Part shown: one piece after another, positions 1-12,845 of the stretch
How the letters are laid out: every line of letters begins with the position of its first letter
Numbering within the stretch: position 1 is the stretch's first letter
Assembly: GCA_035084275.1 (NCBI GenBank)
Contig: CM068745.1
Coordinates: 11,408,001-11,472,000, forward strand
Reading direction: 5' to 3'
DNA from: Hydrolagus colliei
Lineage: Eukaryota
DNA: 64,000 bases
Position numbers and translations under genes: made by a program
Notes under the pieces: generated by a model
Seen by the model: only the letters and a program-made list of their open reading frames with translations
The model's database searches: none
Told to the model about the DNA's origin: nothing

Positions 1-775
1 TGTGACGCCCAGTCCACTAATGTTCTGTCAGTTTATCTGTCGGACATCAACAACAACAACAAAAATACATTTATAGAGCACCTTTCACATCTGGAGGACG
101 TCAGAGCTGGATAATCACAAATTTCCTGCACTTCAACGTCAACAAGACAGAAGTCACTTTGGCTCCCTTCAGAATTTTCTGACCCACAAATCTGATCTCT
201 TCAACCAATCCGACCTGTCCTTAAAACTCTTCAACCCCATGGGTAATTTAGGCGTCAGGTTCGATCTGCAGTTACCCTTCATCCCCCACATCCAGTCCCT
301 GACCAGCACTGCTTTCTTCCATCACTGCCACACTGCCCGTCTCATTCAATACCTCACTCAAAAAGCTACCATAACCCTAATCCATGCCTTTGTCACCACA
401 TGGTTGGATTATTCTAATGACCTCCTCGCCGGTCTCTCCTCCTCCACCATCCACAAAATTCAGCTCATCCAAAACTCCACTGCCCACATTCTCATCACAC
501 CAAACTTCATACCCCGATTATCTCAGTCCTTGCAATACTTCACTATCGGCAGCCATGCTTTCAGCCACCACGCCCTGAAACATTGGAACTCTCTTTCTCA
601 ACCCCTTCATCTCATCCCCTCCTTCCACATCTTCAGGTCACACGTGAAGACCTTTCTCTTTGACCACGCTTCCAGTCACCTACCGCTTCCCACAGGTTTG
701 GCCTTGGGTTAATGTATTGTTGAGCACTGTGAGAAGCTGCATGGAGGACTGTATATAAATGCCAGTTGTTGTTGT
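1..775 (+). mobile_element. Older L2 3' fragment, with a minus-strand tail-only insertion at about 49-102
   Basis: ORF 239-712 (NLGVRFD, TLIHAFVT.WLDYSN, IQNSTA), degenerate tail ending gttgttgttg. Confidence 0.85.
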
Positions 776-1759
776 ATGCAATTTATTTCTATTGCCTATA
801 TTTTTAGTGTTTTACATTTCAAGAAAACAGTTTGTGTGTTTTAAATATCACAATCTGTGCTTGTTTGCTTCAACCAAAATGTTATGATGGTTGAGGTTGA
901 AATATTATATTAAAAGCAATACTAACCTACAAAATAAAAGCAACAGCTCGAACATTTTCTCCATCTTTGTCACAGTTGAAGCTTTGATGTAGCTGGATAC
1001 TAAGAATGGTGCTATGAAGGTTGTTGAGAATTACGTACCCTGGGATTCACGGTTGAATATCCGCTTCCTATAAGGTACTGGTCTGTAGAGCTTTTGCTTG
1101 GACTCAGTAAACAACAACAACAAAATTACATTTATACATCGCCTTTCCCTGGCTGTGTAAAAGCTAATTACAATTTACAGATTAGAATTACAAATTGTAA
1201 CATAATGGAATGATTTATGGAGTACTGTAACTCAGTGGTTAGAGCATTCGTCTCGCAGGTGAGAGACTAGAGTTCAATTCCTGGCAGGGCAAAATGTTGG
1301 GCACGTTTCCTTACTCCACACACCTCTGTTTACCAATTAACTTCTCTTTTAAGTCATGTCATGAATTCTTCAACGTCCACCTGAACTGACAGATCAGACC
1401 CTGGTTTCACATCTCACCTAAATGACGACACTTCTGACCAACACTGCACTGGATTAAATACAATACAATTTACATTTAAGAAATATTTTTTTTAGAAAAG
1501 AACATTTTGTCACACAGTGCTAGTAATTACTGATGAATATAATAGGCTAACTTGGCAGCCATTTTGTGCACATAAGATCACACAAACAACCATAATAATA
1601 ACATTTGCGTTTGATATATTATCTTGTCAAGACTTTGAAACATCTCAAAGCGCTTCACAGAATGTACTGTCAAATGGAAATAACATCCACACCCGACCAA
1701 TTCAAGGTATGTACTGAGGCGGGCTACAGCCAGCTGGCCCACTCTCCCCGCTCTCTCCC

Positions 1760-1895
1760 NNNNNNNNNNNNNNNNNNNNNNNNNNNNNNNNNNNNNNNNN
1801 NNNNNNNNNNNNNNNNNNNNNNNNNNNNNNNNNNNNNNNNNNNNNNNNNNNNNNNNNNNNNNNNNNNNNNNNNNNNNNNNNNNNNNNNNNNNNNN
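1760..1895. other. Assembly gap (N run) within a CTCTCCCCG-type repeat
   Basis: N run flanked by ctctccccg units on both sides. Confidence 0.98.
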
Positions 1896-2414
1896 TCCCC
1901 ATTCTCCCCGCTCTCCCCGCTCTCCGCGCTCTCCCTGCTCTCATCACTCGTCGCTCTCCCTGCTCTCAAAGCAGTCTGAGGCCGAGGAATCGTCGGACTC
2001 AAACTCCATTGAAGTGGATGCTTGGGGAGAGGCAAAAATGGATGGCTGAGAAGATGAAGGAGCAGGTAAGTTTTCAGTAGATGACTGATACTAATACAAA
2101 CTGGCAGGTTGAAAGAAGGAAGTGATTTTCCGTTGTTTTGCCTTCCACCGAAAGTCTTTCATGAGCTCCCTGTAAGGTTCTAAGAGCCCATCTAGACCTG
2201 TTTAAAATTTCTGACTCTTTTCCATTATGGGGTCCATCTCCAAGCTTGACTTCCCAAGTGTGCACCGGTGTCCTCGCAAGTGCGCATGCGTGGGGGACCA
2301 GCCAGCATGTATACACAAGTTTTACATGCGTTACGCAAAAAAGTGACGCATTTTTTTCTTCGCGTATAGTTGAATTAGCAATTGAGAAAGTCGCGTTCGG
2401 TGGGGGTTAACTAT

Positions 2415-2856
2415 ATATATATATATATTTGAGACATATGTAATCAATTGCACATAATAGGACTCGGTTGTGACTAGCTTTGTAGAGGAAACAAAGGATT
2501 GCTTATAAACAGTGAGGTGTTTCCAGTCCGTATCCATAATTTTCTCATGGAGAAGTGGTCTGCAGCTGGAGAGGGAACTGTGTTGTATTTGTTTTTGCAC
2601 AGGAATCATTTTACAAGGGACAATGGGTGAAAGGTCACCGAATGAACTGAATAAAGAGAGGTCGATTCAAGGAAGAATGGGAGAAAGGAGAAATTGGAAC
2701 CTTGGAATCGCGAATCCATGTTTCAGCTTCGGAAGAAGAGAAGATCAAGACTATGAGTGGAACAACTCTAGACTGTACAATGGTACAGTACTTGGATACA
2801 GAACTGGGAATGGCACAATAATACCTGGATACTTGGATATCGAACTGGAAACCTGG
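2415..2856 (+). repeat. Unidentified interspersed repeat, copy 1 (paralogous to 32376-32806 on - strand)
   Basis: Colinear with the reverse complement of 32376-32806, e.g. tggtctgcagctggagaggga and gagaagatcaagactatgagtgga. Confidence 0.85.
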
Positions 2857-2934
2857 ATCTGTTTCCCTGGCATTATATGATATTTATTCTGTTTTACATT
2901 ACATCAATTAATCTTAGTTAATCAGCTACTTTAC

Positions 2935-3162
2935 CTTTGGAATTCCATCCAGAAATCCCTCCACCTCATCCCCGCCCTAGCCTCCTTCAAGTCCTGTTTC
3001 TACACCCTCCTCTTCGACTGTGCAATCGGTCACCCCCCTTCCCCTCCCTTCCCTCCACCCTCCCCGATCCCAAACCCAGTTCCGGTCCGAAAGACTGGCT
3101 GTCCAGCACTTTGGGACGTCCTCCGTGAAAGGTACTATGCAAATGTATTTTTGTTGTTGTTG
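2935..3162 (+). mobile_element. Short L2 3' end
   Basis: tggaattccatcc...ctcttcgactgtgc...gggacgtcctccgtgaaagg...ttgttgttgtt. Confidence 0.8.
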
Positions 3163-4820
3163 GTAACCTTGACACTCCTTCACATTGTAATGTCAACAGA
3201 CTCATTGATTTATTAGCTTTAGTTAAACTTGTCTTAAGTGCTCCTTATTTTGCTTCCCATTCAATGGCATCCCTTTGGCGTTCCTCTCTGCAATAATACC
3301 CTTTTGCAAGAATTATTCAAGATTCTTAAATCTTTTGTATGAAAGCACAGTTCAAAAAGGATGCCACTTCAGATGCCACTTAATACTGCTTCCTGCAGTA
3401 TTACTCTATGATGACATGTAGTTTAAGCCATAAAAGGTGAAAGACTATAACTTGATGATATAACATAAAAATAATCCTTGCATTTGATGTGGCGCTTTTT
3501 ATGTCTTCTAGACATCTCAAAATGTTTCACAGAATATACTGTAAAGTGGATTGACTGTGTTTGTGGGCAGACTGCAGCAACCAATTTTGCACAGCAGGAT
3601 CCCACAAACAGTCGTGGATTTAAATGAACCGTTTATTATTGTTTTTTAACTTTCTGTAACCCCATAGAAATGCTCGCTGATGTACCTTATTTTACAGAGT
3701 ACATTGGAGCAGAGGTGACCTTGTCTTAAAAGCAAAATGCTTTCAACAGATACAGTATTATGAGCCTAAATGTATACAGTTATTATATTGGTGAGAAAGA
3801 ATATCAAATATTAAAACATGAAAGAGACAGAAAGGTAGCTGAAAGCAATTGCAATGATACAAATCGAATCTGCTGAACAGCAAAAATAAAGCCATATTAG
3901 TCATGTATAATTTATCTTAATTTTATGACACAAAGCTGAGTTGGCATTGCTTCAGAACAGTGACTGCCTTGCAGAAGAAACATGTCTCTCAGCAAGGCAC
4001 TTACCATTCACCTAAGTGCCTGATACACATGGAGCCCTATGCCTAAGAGTATCCAAACCAGTCTGTGTCTGCCACCTACTTTGGAAATTCCCATATCTGG
4101 AATAGATTGTACACACTCTCCCTAGAGGAAGGCAATCTAGTTACTTAATTCTGGAGAGTATTTGGCACAGATTGGGAAGAGACAAGAGGATCTATAATGA
4201 TCTGAGGACTTTTTAAACAAACTTGTGTTTTTCATTTGCTGCCAAAGTATTAATATCCATCCTAGCCCAATTGGAAGAGGTTCCTGATAGCTTCCAGAAG
4301 CAATTAAAATCAATAAGCCTGATTTACACTTCTTGCTTTGAAACTGCTTTGCCCAGAGGCTGGGGATCTCTCTGGGGATGAAATTCCACCAACATCTGGA
4401 TTTATTCTATCTGTGTAGCATTTCAAAGTGCAGAATTCACTTCTGCTCTGCAAACACCAGCGTTGTTTCATGTACTCCAACCAATCTGCCCCACCATCGG
4501 TGTGCAAGGTTTGAGCCATTCTACTCCTGGTCTCTGGAACGTAATCCCGGAGTTCCTGCACCTTGCCCTCACCCTCCCCATATTCAAAACCCACTTTTTA
4601 TACCTTTCTTTTTGACTGTGCGTTCAGCCAATTTCCCCTCTCCCATTGCTGGGCTAGTGTGAAGTCAGTCAGTTGTGTGAAGTGTTTTGAGACATCTTCC
4701 TGATCTAAAAGGAGCTGTAAAACTAAAATTAGTGGTTGTATTTATGAGTTTGCCAAATTCTGCTCCAATTTAGTAAGAAACTAGATTAAATGTAGACCTT
4801 GGTGCTATTTCTTCTCAGTG

Positions 4821-5147
4821 TAATAATAATAATAAATCCTTGGATTTGATATAGTGCTTTTCACATTTTATCGACGTCACAAAGTACTTCACAGAATGCA
4901 CTATTCTGTAAAGTGAATTGACTGTATATTTGTGGGTGAAACGCAGCAGCCAATTGTGCACAGCAGCGTCACACAAACAGTAGTGGATTAAAATGGCCAA
5001 TTTTATTATTGTTTTCTTTGGACGGATTATTATTAGGCGTGTGGAGTATGGAAACTAGCCCAAAGTTTCGCCCTGACCTGCCTGGATTCGAACACAGGTC
5101 TCACGCTTGTAAAACAAGTGCTCTAACCACTGAGTTACAGGAGCTCC
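4821..5147 (-). mobile_element. tRNA-derived SINE with Deu-like body and L2-type (ATT)n tail
   Basis: On the reverse strand: A-box (tcagtggttagagc), B-box (gttcgaatcc), body tgctgtgcacaattggctgc, tail ...caaatccaaggatttattattattatt. Confidence 0.88.
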
Positions 5148-6520
5148 ATTCACAAATAGGCAAGTTCACAGAGTTCACTCGACCTGAGACTCAGCTGCAG
5201 TCAGTTGTAATCTTATGGAAGAGCCCGTGTGAGCAGCAACTGAATAATCGTGGAGTTGTGACCTTTGCCTTTCATCGTAATTTACTTGGATAGAGCTCAC
5301 CAATATCAGACTTCATCAAACAGACACTTACCCGCTAATATCATTCACGTGACATATTTGTTTATAATAAATTTTAAAGAGATTTGAAAGTCTAAAGAGC
5401 ACTGGATTTGCAGAAAATCTTTCACCAAACAAGCTACAGATGACAGAAAAGTTTCTACTTTTTATATTGAAAATGATCTACAAACAAATCTTGTTGAAGT
5501 CAGATTAAAAGATAACATATTGCTACGTGAAGAGGTTCCAGAGACATTTAATTAAGTGCCGTCACGAGGCAAGTCAATTTACTCTGTTGCTGATTATAAC
5601 CATTTATTCGGATGTTTCCACTGCTTTCCAACAAAGTGACAGCTCTTTAATCTGAGGGAATGCATTTGTTAAAGTTTTAGCCTGATCTCAACCTCCAGAT
5701 CGGGTGCATATCCCTAACTGTCCAGCAATTTGGGACATCCTCCCAAAGTGAAACGAGGTAGCTAAAGACTCATCCAGGACTGGGGGAGCAGAAGTGGTGG
5801 GTGGTGTGGAGTGGCTGGAATAAATAGCATAAGCCATAACTGCAAAGTGCATTCTAGTTTGTATTCACTCTGCAGTTTATCTTGCATGGTAATTACTGCC
5901 ATCATTTCAATGCCAGCAGACTGGATAATACGCTCAACCAAGCAGAACAACCCTGATTTGACCCTCATTCAGCAAAAAGAATGCTGATTTTTTAAATTAG
6001 AAATGTGGGTGCAATTTGAATGAAGGTATTCCAGTGGTTAAGAAGAGGACCAAGTAAAGGAAACTTTCCAGCATAATAAAATCATTGTGATTAGAACTAC
6101 AGCATGGTCCTTCCAAACCTATGTTGAAATAATCTATACTGCTTGGCAAATCCAATTTATTCATTTGACCTTGTGCTCCATTTACATAGTACCTTTCCTC
6201 CAAACAGGACTAATAGGAAATCAATTAAATGCTAGATTAACGGTATCAACGCTTCCTGCAAATTACATTGGCAGTAATTATATATGCTTTGTATGGAAAT
6301 AAATGTAGAAGTTGTGAGTTTGATACTGGCTTCAACACTTGGTTACAATGATTTCAAGTGATTTTATTCTCAGATTAACTTTCAGAGGAAAGTGAAGTGT
6401 TAACCTAAAACCTTCCAGGCACTGCTGATGACAGTACAGTCTAGCTCATTGACAAGACCTGCAAGGGCAGACCAGTCAGTGGGATCAGGGAACCATCCCT
6501 GTAGCTGATCCCTGTGATGC

Positions 6521-6813
6521 CCTGTAGCTCAGTGGTTAGAGCACTCGCCTTACAAACGAGAGACCTGGGTTCAGTTCCAGGCAGGGCGAAAGTAGGGCAA
6601 GTTTCCTTACTCCACACACCTAATAATAACCCCTCAAAGAAAACCTGGTAATTTCAATCCATGACTGTTTGTGGGACACTGCTGTGCGCAATAGGCTGCA
6701 GTATTTCACCCACAAATATACAGTCAATTCACTTGACAGTATATTCTGTGAAGCGCTTTGAAACATCTAGAAGACATGAAAAGCACTATATCAAATACAA
6801 GGATTATTATTAT
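6521..6813 (+). mobile_element. tRNA-derived SINE (same family)
   Basis: cctgtagctcagtggttagagcactcgccttacaaacgagagacctgggttcagttcc...gtttgtgggacactgctgtgcgcaataggctgc...caaggattattattat. Confidence 0.9.
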
Positions 6814-7407
6814 CATCTTCAGCTTGGTTTCACAAATAAACCATGAATTATTCAAAACAAATGTTGACTGCAAGTAGGTCAATCATGTATTATATTTACT
6901 TAAAATTAATTATCTGCAGTTACAAACTATTAATTTTCAGATTTTGAACACGGAGGTAACCAAGCTCACAGATGCAGGTGCCACTTCGACAACTAATTTT
7001 ATTAATAATAATATTTAATAATCATATGATCAAAAATTCATTTATATAGCCAGTGCACATACAGAAAGGTATATTTACTGATCCGGAAAATAGTCGTCTT
7101 TATTTCTTATTACCTCTGGATGCTGTTTCAAACGTAGCAACCATATTTATACACATGAACAAGCTTTCAGGTTTGCAATCTTTAATCCATTCAAGGTTTG
7201 GCTCACATATACTGTTTATTTGTTTTCATTCTTCACCTAACAAGGACCATTATTAATTCGGATTAAAGTTACAAAGAATCCCAGCAAATGCCCACTTCAA
7301 AAGATATTACGATATTAAGAATGTCTTAAGATATTAAAACATTCATATTAACATATGAATGTTAAGCAACTTGCATTATGAACAAAATGCATAACCAAAA
7401 CAACATG

Positions 7408-7885
7408 ATAATCAATTTAAGAGAATCAAATGGTTAAAATATTAAAATAATTACAAATATATAGTTTATGTTGGCACAGTTTAGCAACCATATACATATT
7501 CCCACAAATACATAATTCCTGTGTCAAGCATAATTCACCCAGGATGCTTCAATTGGAATTAAGGATTTCCTGCAAAGGATTTTGATGGATTTTCAAGGGC
7601 TTATCGAAGGACTAAAATGACTAATCCCAACCTTGTATAAACAACTTTTGATTAAATCAAGACTCTTTGATTTTGAATCGTAAATCTTCACTATTGACGG
7701 AAGTGAACAAATCTTTTGCAAAATGCAATTTATAATCTAATTGAAGCATCCTGAGTGAACAGTCTTTGATACAGGAATGATGCATTAATTGGACTATATA
7801 TGCCAGTACTAAGACTTATCCACATACATCATATATTTATAATCATTTTCATATTTTAACCATTTGATTCTATTAAGTTGATTAT
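7408..7885. repeat. Long degenerate inverted repeat
   Basis: 7408-7582 aligns with the reverse complement of 7709-7885 (gaatcaaatggttaaaatat; ttcac.caggatgcttcaatt). Confidence 0.85.
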
Positions 7886-9969
7886 TATAAGCAAATATCC
7901 CTGAGGAGAGAAACTGTCCCAAAGTCCTACTTGCTCTTCTCATTTTAGTGTCAGTAGATTCAGCGAAAGTTTCCAAATGAAAAATGTGTTATCAAACCCA
8001 TTCTAAACAGTTTAATTATTATCAATAAAGCGCCCACTGACTCTGCAGTTTAAGCCACCGTGTGGTGTAGCAAACAAGCAACTTCTGTAGCAAAAAAGCC
8101 TTGGATTTGGTCTTTAGTGTGGTCTGATTACTCCAATAAACTTTAATGGGTCTCAATTAGCTTTAGTGGGACTCCATACCAGGGAAAGGGAAAATCATCC
8201 AGGGTTCCCTATTGGTTGCTATCCTGCTGGATATGTGCATATGTGTAATATTTAAGCCACATTTAAGCACTCTGAGACGCTGTCCGGCGTGGAGGGCGTT
8301 ATATAAATCAAAGTTGTTGTTGTTGTGTGGATTCTGGGAGAGGACAAACTTTGATTTGTTTCTTATGTATTTATAATTTAGCTAACTCGAAATGTCTCTT
8401 GGCAACTGTATATCTCTCTCCATTGATTCCATTGAATTCATGATACCATTAAATCATCCTCCAACATAATTTTCTATACCAGAAGAGGATAAAAGCGCAT
8501 CAGTCTTCTATTAGCCTCAGAAAAGCCTCAGTAAAAAATGTAGCAACAGCAACATTCCCATGTTCCCCCCAATAGCAACATTTGCAACAGCTTTGAACCC
8601 CATCTGTTAATGAGGGAACCCCATCCTATTTAGGTTAGAAATATTTATGCCTGGAAATGGCCATAGGAATGTCGTTATCATTTTAAGATTGGGTTGCATT
8701 TTGACCAAATTGGTCAAAGCATAAAGGAGTTCAAGGAGGATTTAGAGTAAACCTAGAATCTATCTATATTCTCTATCCTGCTGAAGATCAACCAGCAACA
8801 TTAAAAAGACAGATTTATTTTCTCTGTATTAAATCCATCTGAGGGCAGTTCTTTGAAACAGCAAAGATAGATTTATTTAAATTAAAACAATGCTTTGGAA
8901 AATTAGATATAATAAAAAGAATCATTTTATTTGATGCAACACCTATTACATATGGAGATATAAAATACAGTATACATTTTACTGATGGAAAAGTCATTGA
9001 CTTGATCATAAAAGTCATGCATCACAACTTCATAGGTAAGAGTATAATAATTTCAGGCAGGAGAACAACAATAACAACAAAATTGCACTTATATAGTGCC
9101 TTTCACGTCGGGAGGACGTCTCAAAGTGCTGAACAGTCAGTCAGGAGAAGACCAATTGGATGATCTAACCTATATATCTGAATTCTCAAATTATTCATTT
9201 GGGACAACTATTTTACCATCGAATACCCTGGATTCCTAAGGTGTGTCTCATTGAGGGAAACATCATGTAAATCCTCTGAGCTCTGAATAAAGAAACATTG
9301 ATGTGTACATGATTATATTTTGGATTAGAACTAATTACAAACAAATTTTCAATCTAAACTGAGCTTCTTTCCATAAATAATCTAAGCAATCTCTCCATAA
9401 ATAAATAATCAAAGCAATGTCTCCATTATGAAAATTAACCACGAATTTACAATTCTCATTCTCCATTGCAATATTGCAAGCCACTAAAAATATTAAGACA
9501 AGATGTACATGTTAAATCTATTGAAGTGCTGCCAAAATACCTCTCCAATTTATTTAGACATAGAGTCATAAATAGAGACATCTATAGAGTCATGTAGCAC
9601 TAAAGTAATGGTTTAACACATTACAAAACTAATTTTCCTGAAGGCATGGATCTGTATCTGAACATCAGTCACTTGTTTCACGAGAAGATGAGCAAATTGA
9701 AAACAGGAAAACAGAGTTAGCGTCTAATAGGATTTGTGCAATTATTCTGCCCCAATCCAATTCTCAAAAAACCATCCAATGCCACAAATTAGATCAGAGT
9801 CTGTTTGTGACCTTGACCTCCAAAGGAATATAATAATTATGTTTCAAATAGAGCTTCGAGACTAAAAGTAGTTGGCTAGAAATTTAGTGTTTACCCTCTG
9901 AGACTAGTTTGAATCTAATCCAGTGAGTTGGATGAAAGCCCTCTACTTTGGGCTGATGTAATAATGACA

Positions 9970-10264
9970 ATAATAATAATCTTGCATTTGATATAGTGCT
10001 TTTCACATCTTCTAGACGTCTCAAAGCGCTTCACTGCATATATTGTAAAGTGAATTGACTGTATATTTGTGGCGAAACACAGCAACCAATTGCGCACATC
10101 AGCAAACAGGATTGAAATGATCAATTTATCATAGTTTTTTTTGAGGGATTATTATTAGGCATGTGGAGTAAGGAAACTTGCCCAAGGTTTCGCCCTGCTT
10201 GGAGTTGAACACATGTCTCATGTTTTTAAGGGGAGTTCTCTAACCATTGAGTTACAGGACTCCA
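9970..10264 (-). mobile_element. tRNA-derived SINE (same family)
   Basis: Reverse-complement match to 6521-6813. Confidence 0.87.
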
Positions 10265-11029
10265 CGTAACCACTTTAATTGCTACAGGTTTGAACAGTAT
10301 CGATATATTTCCTAGTGATCACAAGCCAATCGCTCCAAATTGTCCAGAACTTGGTATAAATTGTCAGTCTTACTTACTCAGAGAATTAACAACATGGCAA
10401 TGTGAAAGGGGTTAAGTTACCTGCTTAAAGCACATTTATCATTGAGAATTAATTCCCAATTAATTATCAATTTGGATGAGAAAAAAATGTTGCTCAGGCC
10501 ACTCGGATGACTCCCTGCTATTCTTCAGAACTGTGTACTAGGATTTTTAACACTGAACCAAACAGCTAGAACAATGATTGAATGACAATGATTGATATTG
10601 ATATTGAGTGCTTAAAATGTATTCTGCTGTATTTTGATATAGCGCTTTTCATGTCTTCTAGACATCTCAAACGCTTCACAGAAAATACTGTAAAGTTAAT
10701 TGACTGTATATATTTGGGTGGAACAACAACAACAACAAAATTATATTGAATATAATACAAATTTAAAAGATATTAAGCAAGATACCTCAGGAATATGTCC
10801 TTCCTGTTTCTCACATATATTAATGACCTAGATTTCCAGCTCTGAGACGCTGTCCAGCTTGGAGGTCGCAATATAAATTGAATTTGTTGTTGTTGTTGTT
10901 TTTCCAGACCCAGTAATTTGCAGATAACATTACATTGAGGGGAACTGTGAATCATAAGAGGCAGCAAAAGTTCTATTAATAGAGCTTAATAGGATATGCA
11001 TAGAGACTGATAATGGTGAAATTACAATA

Positions 11030-11530
11030 CAGTACAAATTTACATTTATATAGCCCCTTTCACTTCAGGAGAATGGTCTGAAGTGCTTTACAGTACTGGC
11101 TAGGCAATCGAGCTGAGGGTAGGAGATATGACGCTGTGCAGTGAAAAGATAATCGTAAGTACGGTCTAAGAAGTACATCTTGAGACCTTGAAGGAGGTGA
11201 GGGAGTGACTGAAAAAGACCTTGAACAAAATGAGGGGGGGACTCCGAGATGCAGTTCCAAAGAGTGGCGGCAGAAAAAGATGATTGTTCGCCCACAGGTG
11301 GAACAGGTGGAACCTGTAACAGATTGTTGCTCACGGAAAGGTTGGGTTTATAGAGATTGAGGAGGTTGCAGAAGTGGGGTTGGGTGAGACCATGAAGGGA
11401 TTCAAAGGTAACAACAAGGAATCTTGATTTTGATTTGCTTGGAGATAGGGAGCCAATGGAATGAGCAAGGATCCGAACGGTAAGCTTGTGGAGCCTGGTG
11501 TGGGAAAGGACAAATGCTGCAGTTTAGCTC
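11030..11530 (-). mobile_element. Old diverged L2 3' fragment
   Basis: Reverse translation gives FHWLPISKQIKIKI and FSAATLWN; degenerate tail near 11035-11095. Confidence 0.65.
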
Positions 11531-12845
11531 AAGTGCTGCCATTGCTTCATTTGATTTGAGGCTTGAATTCCAATTCAGGATTTGAGTTGCATGGTTGGAG
11601 TTGCAAATCTTCCGACGAGAGGTGAAACCAAGTGTCGGTTCTTGCTGTTTGCATAGAATCTCATCGCCATCAATATTCCTACCAATGGCCCCCACCACTG
11701 TCAATTAATCAGTGGTTCCAGAATATGAAGCTGCAGAACTTCAGTTGCAACAGTTTATAGGCAAGAGCACCAAGCTCTGGATATATGAGTCTGTGTTCAT
11801 CACCCAGGATTCCAATCAATGCCTTAACTGCTACTCCACCATCCAGTTTCCTCACTTTTAATTAAGTATTTTTATTAGTTTAAACTAAAATGCTGAGGAT
11901 TGATTGACATTAGTGCTGTACAAGGTACAGCAGATATCTGTGAAATTTAATCTCACCTCAGTAAAATATATTGGGTTCGAAGGAATTTCTGAGGTGATCT
12001 CTAATTACCTGCTGAGACACCAATAAAATAATTACGTTCACCTGATGCTGTTTAATAACATAGGCATCAGTAACTAAGAATTCCTTTCATCTGATGTTGG
12101 CAAGTTCAATTTGAAGTGGCACAGGCAAATCCGATACACAACACCTGCAGACAAGCCACAGCTTTGTAGGTATACTCTTAGACAAGGCCTGAGGTTTAAA
12201 TAGGTGGCCAGTCAGCACATGCTGTTTTACAATGCTGGGAGTGCGGCAAAGTATAATAGGAACTATACTGATATGGAGTCAGAATCCCAATTCACACTTT
12301 TCCACTCAACATCCCTTCAAATTGAGTCCCAAATCAAATTAACACCCAGTTTCACCGTTCCACGTGTGCAGTGGACTGAAATCCAGGGTTTATTTTAATG
12401 TTACTGTAGTACTCGTTGAACAACTGCCATTATTATTATATTTGAATATAATACAAATTTAAAAGATATTAAGCAGAATACCTCAGGATATGTCCTTCTG
12501 TTCCTCGGATATATGAATGACCTGGATTTCCAGACCCAGTGTAAGATAGTTAATACAGTAATTCTATCTACTAAGATAGTAGATAGACATCCTCCTGATA
12601 TGACAGGTGCCAAACAAACGTAATTTTGTTGTTGTTTTTGTTGTTTTTCCAGTATATTCATCCCACCGGCTTTCTGCCAAGGTACAAAGCTGGCATTCCA
12701 ATAGAAATGCCAGGAGCACAGTAAAAACAAAGCTCTTTCTGTATCAAGAGAGATATTGTGATGAGATCATCAGCTTAGATAACAGGAGAAAATGAAATAC
12801 TATCTTCAGCTCTCTGGGAGTAAATCTATGGTGTATTACTATAAA

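Noticed and set aside
1605-2035. ORFs with poly-X spanning 1760-1895 (and 55757-56154)
   Set aside because: Artefacts of translating through assembly gaps.
6521-6600. tRNA genes at SINE heads (also 5075-5147, 25775-25846, 27210-27284, 42805-42880, 59535-59605)
   Set aside because: A and B boxes and an anticodon arm are present, but there is no acceptor stem or poly-T terminator, and each continues into the SINE body.
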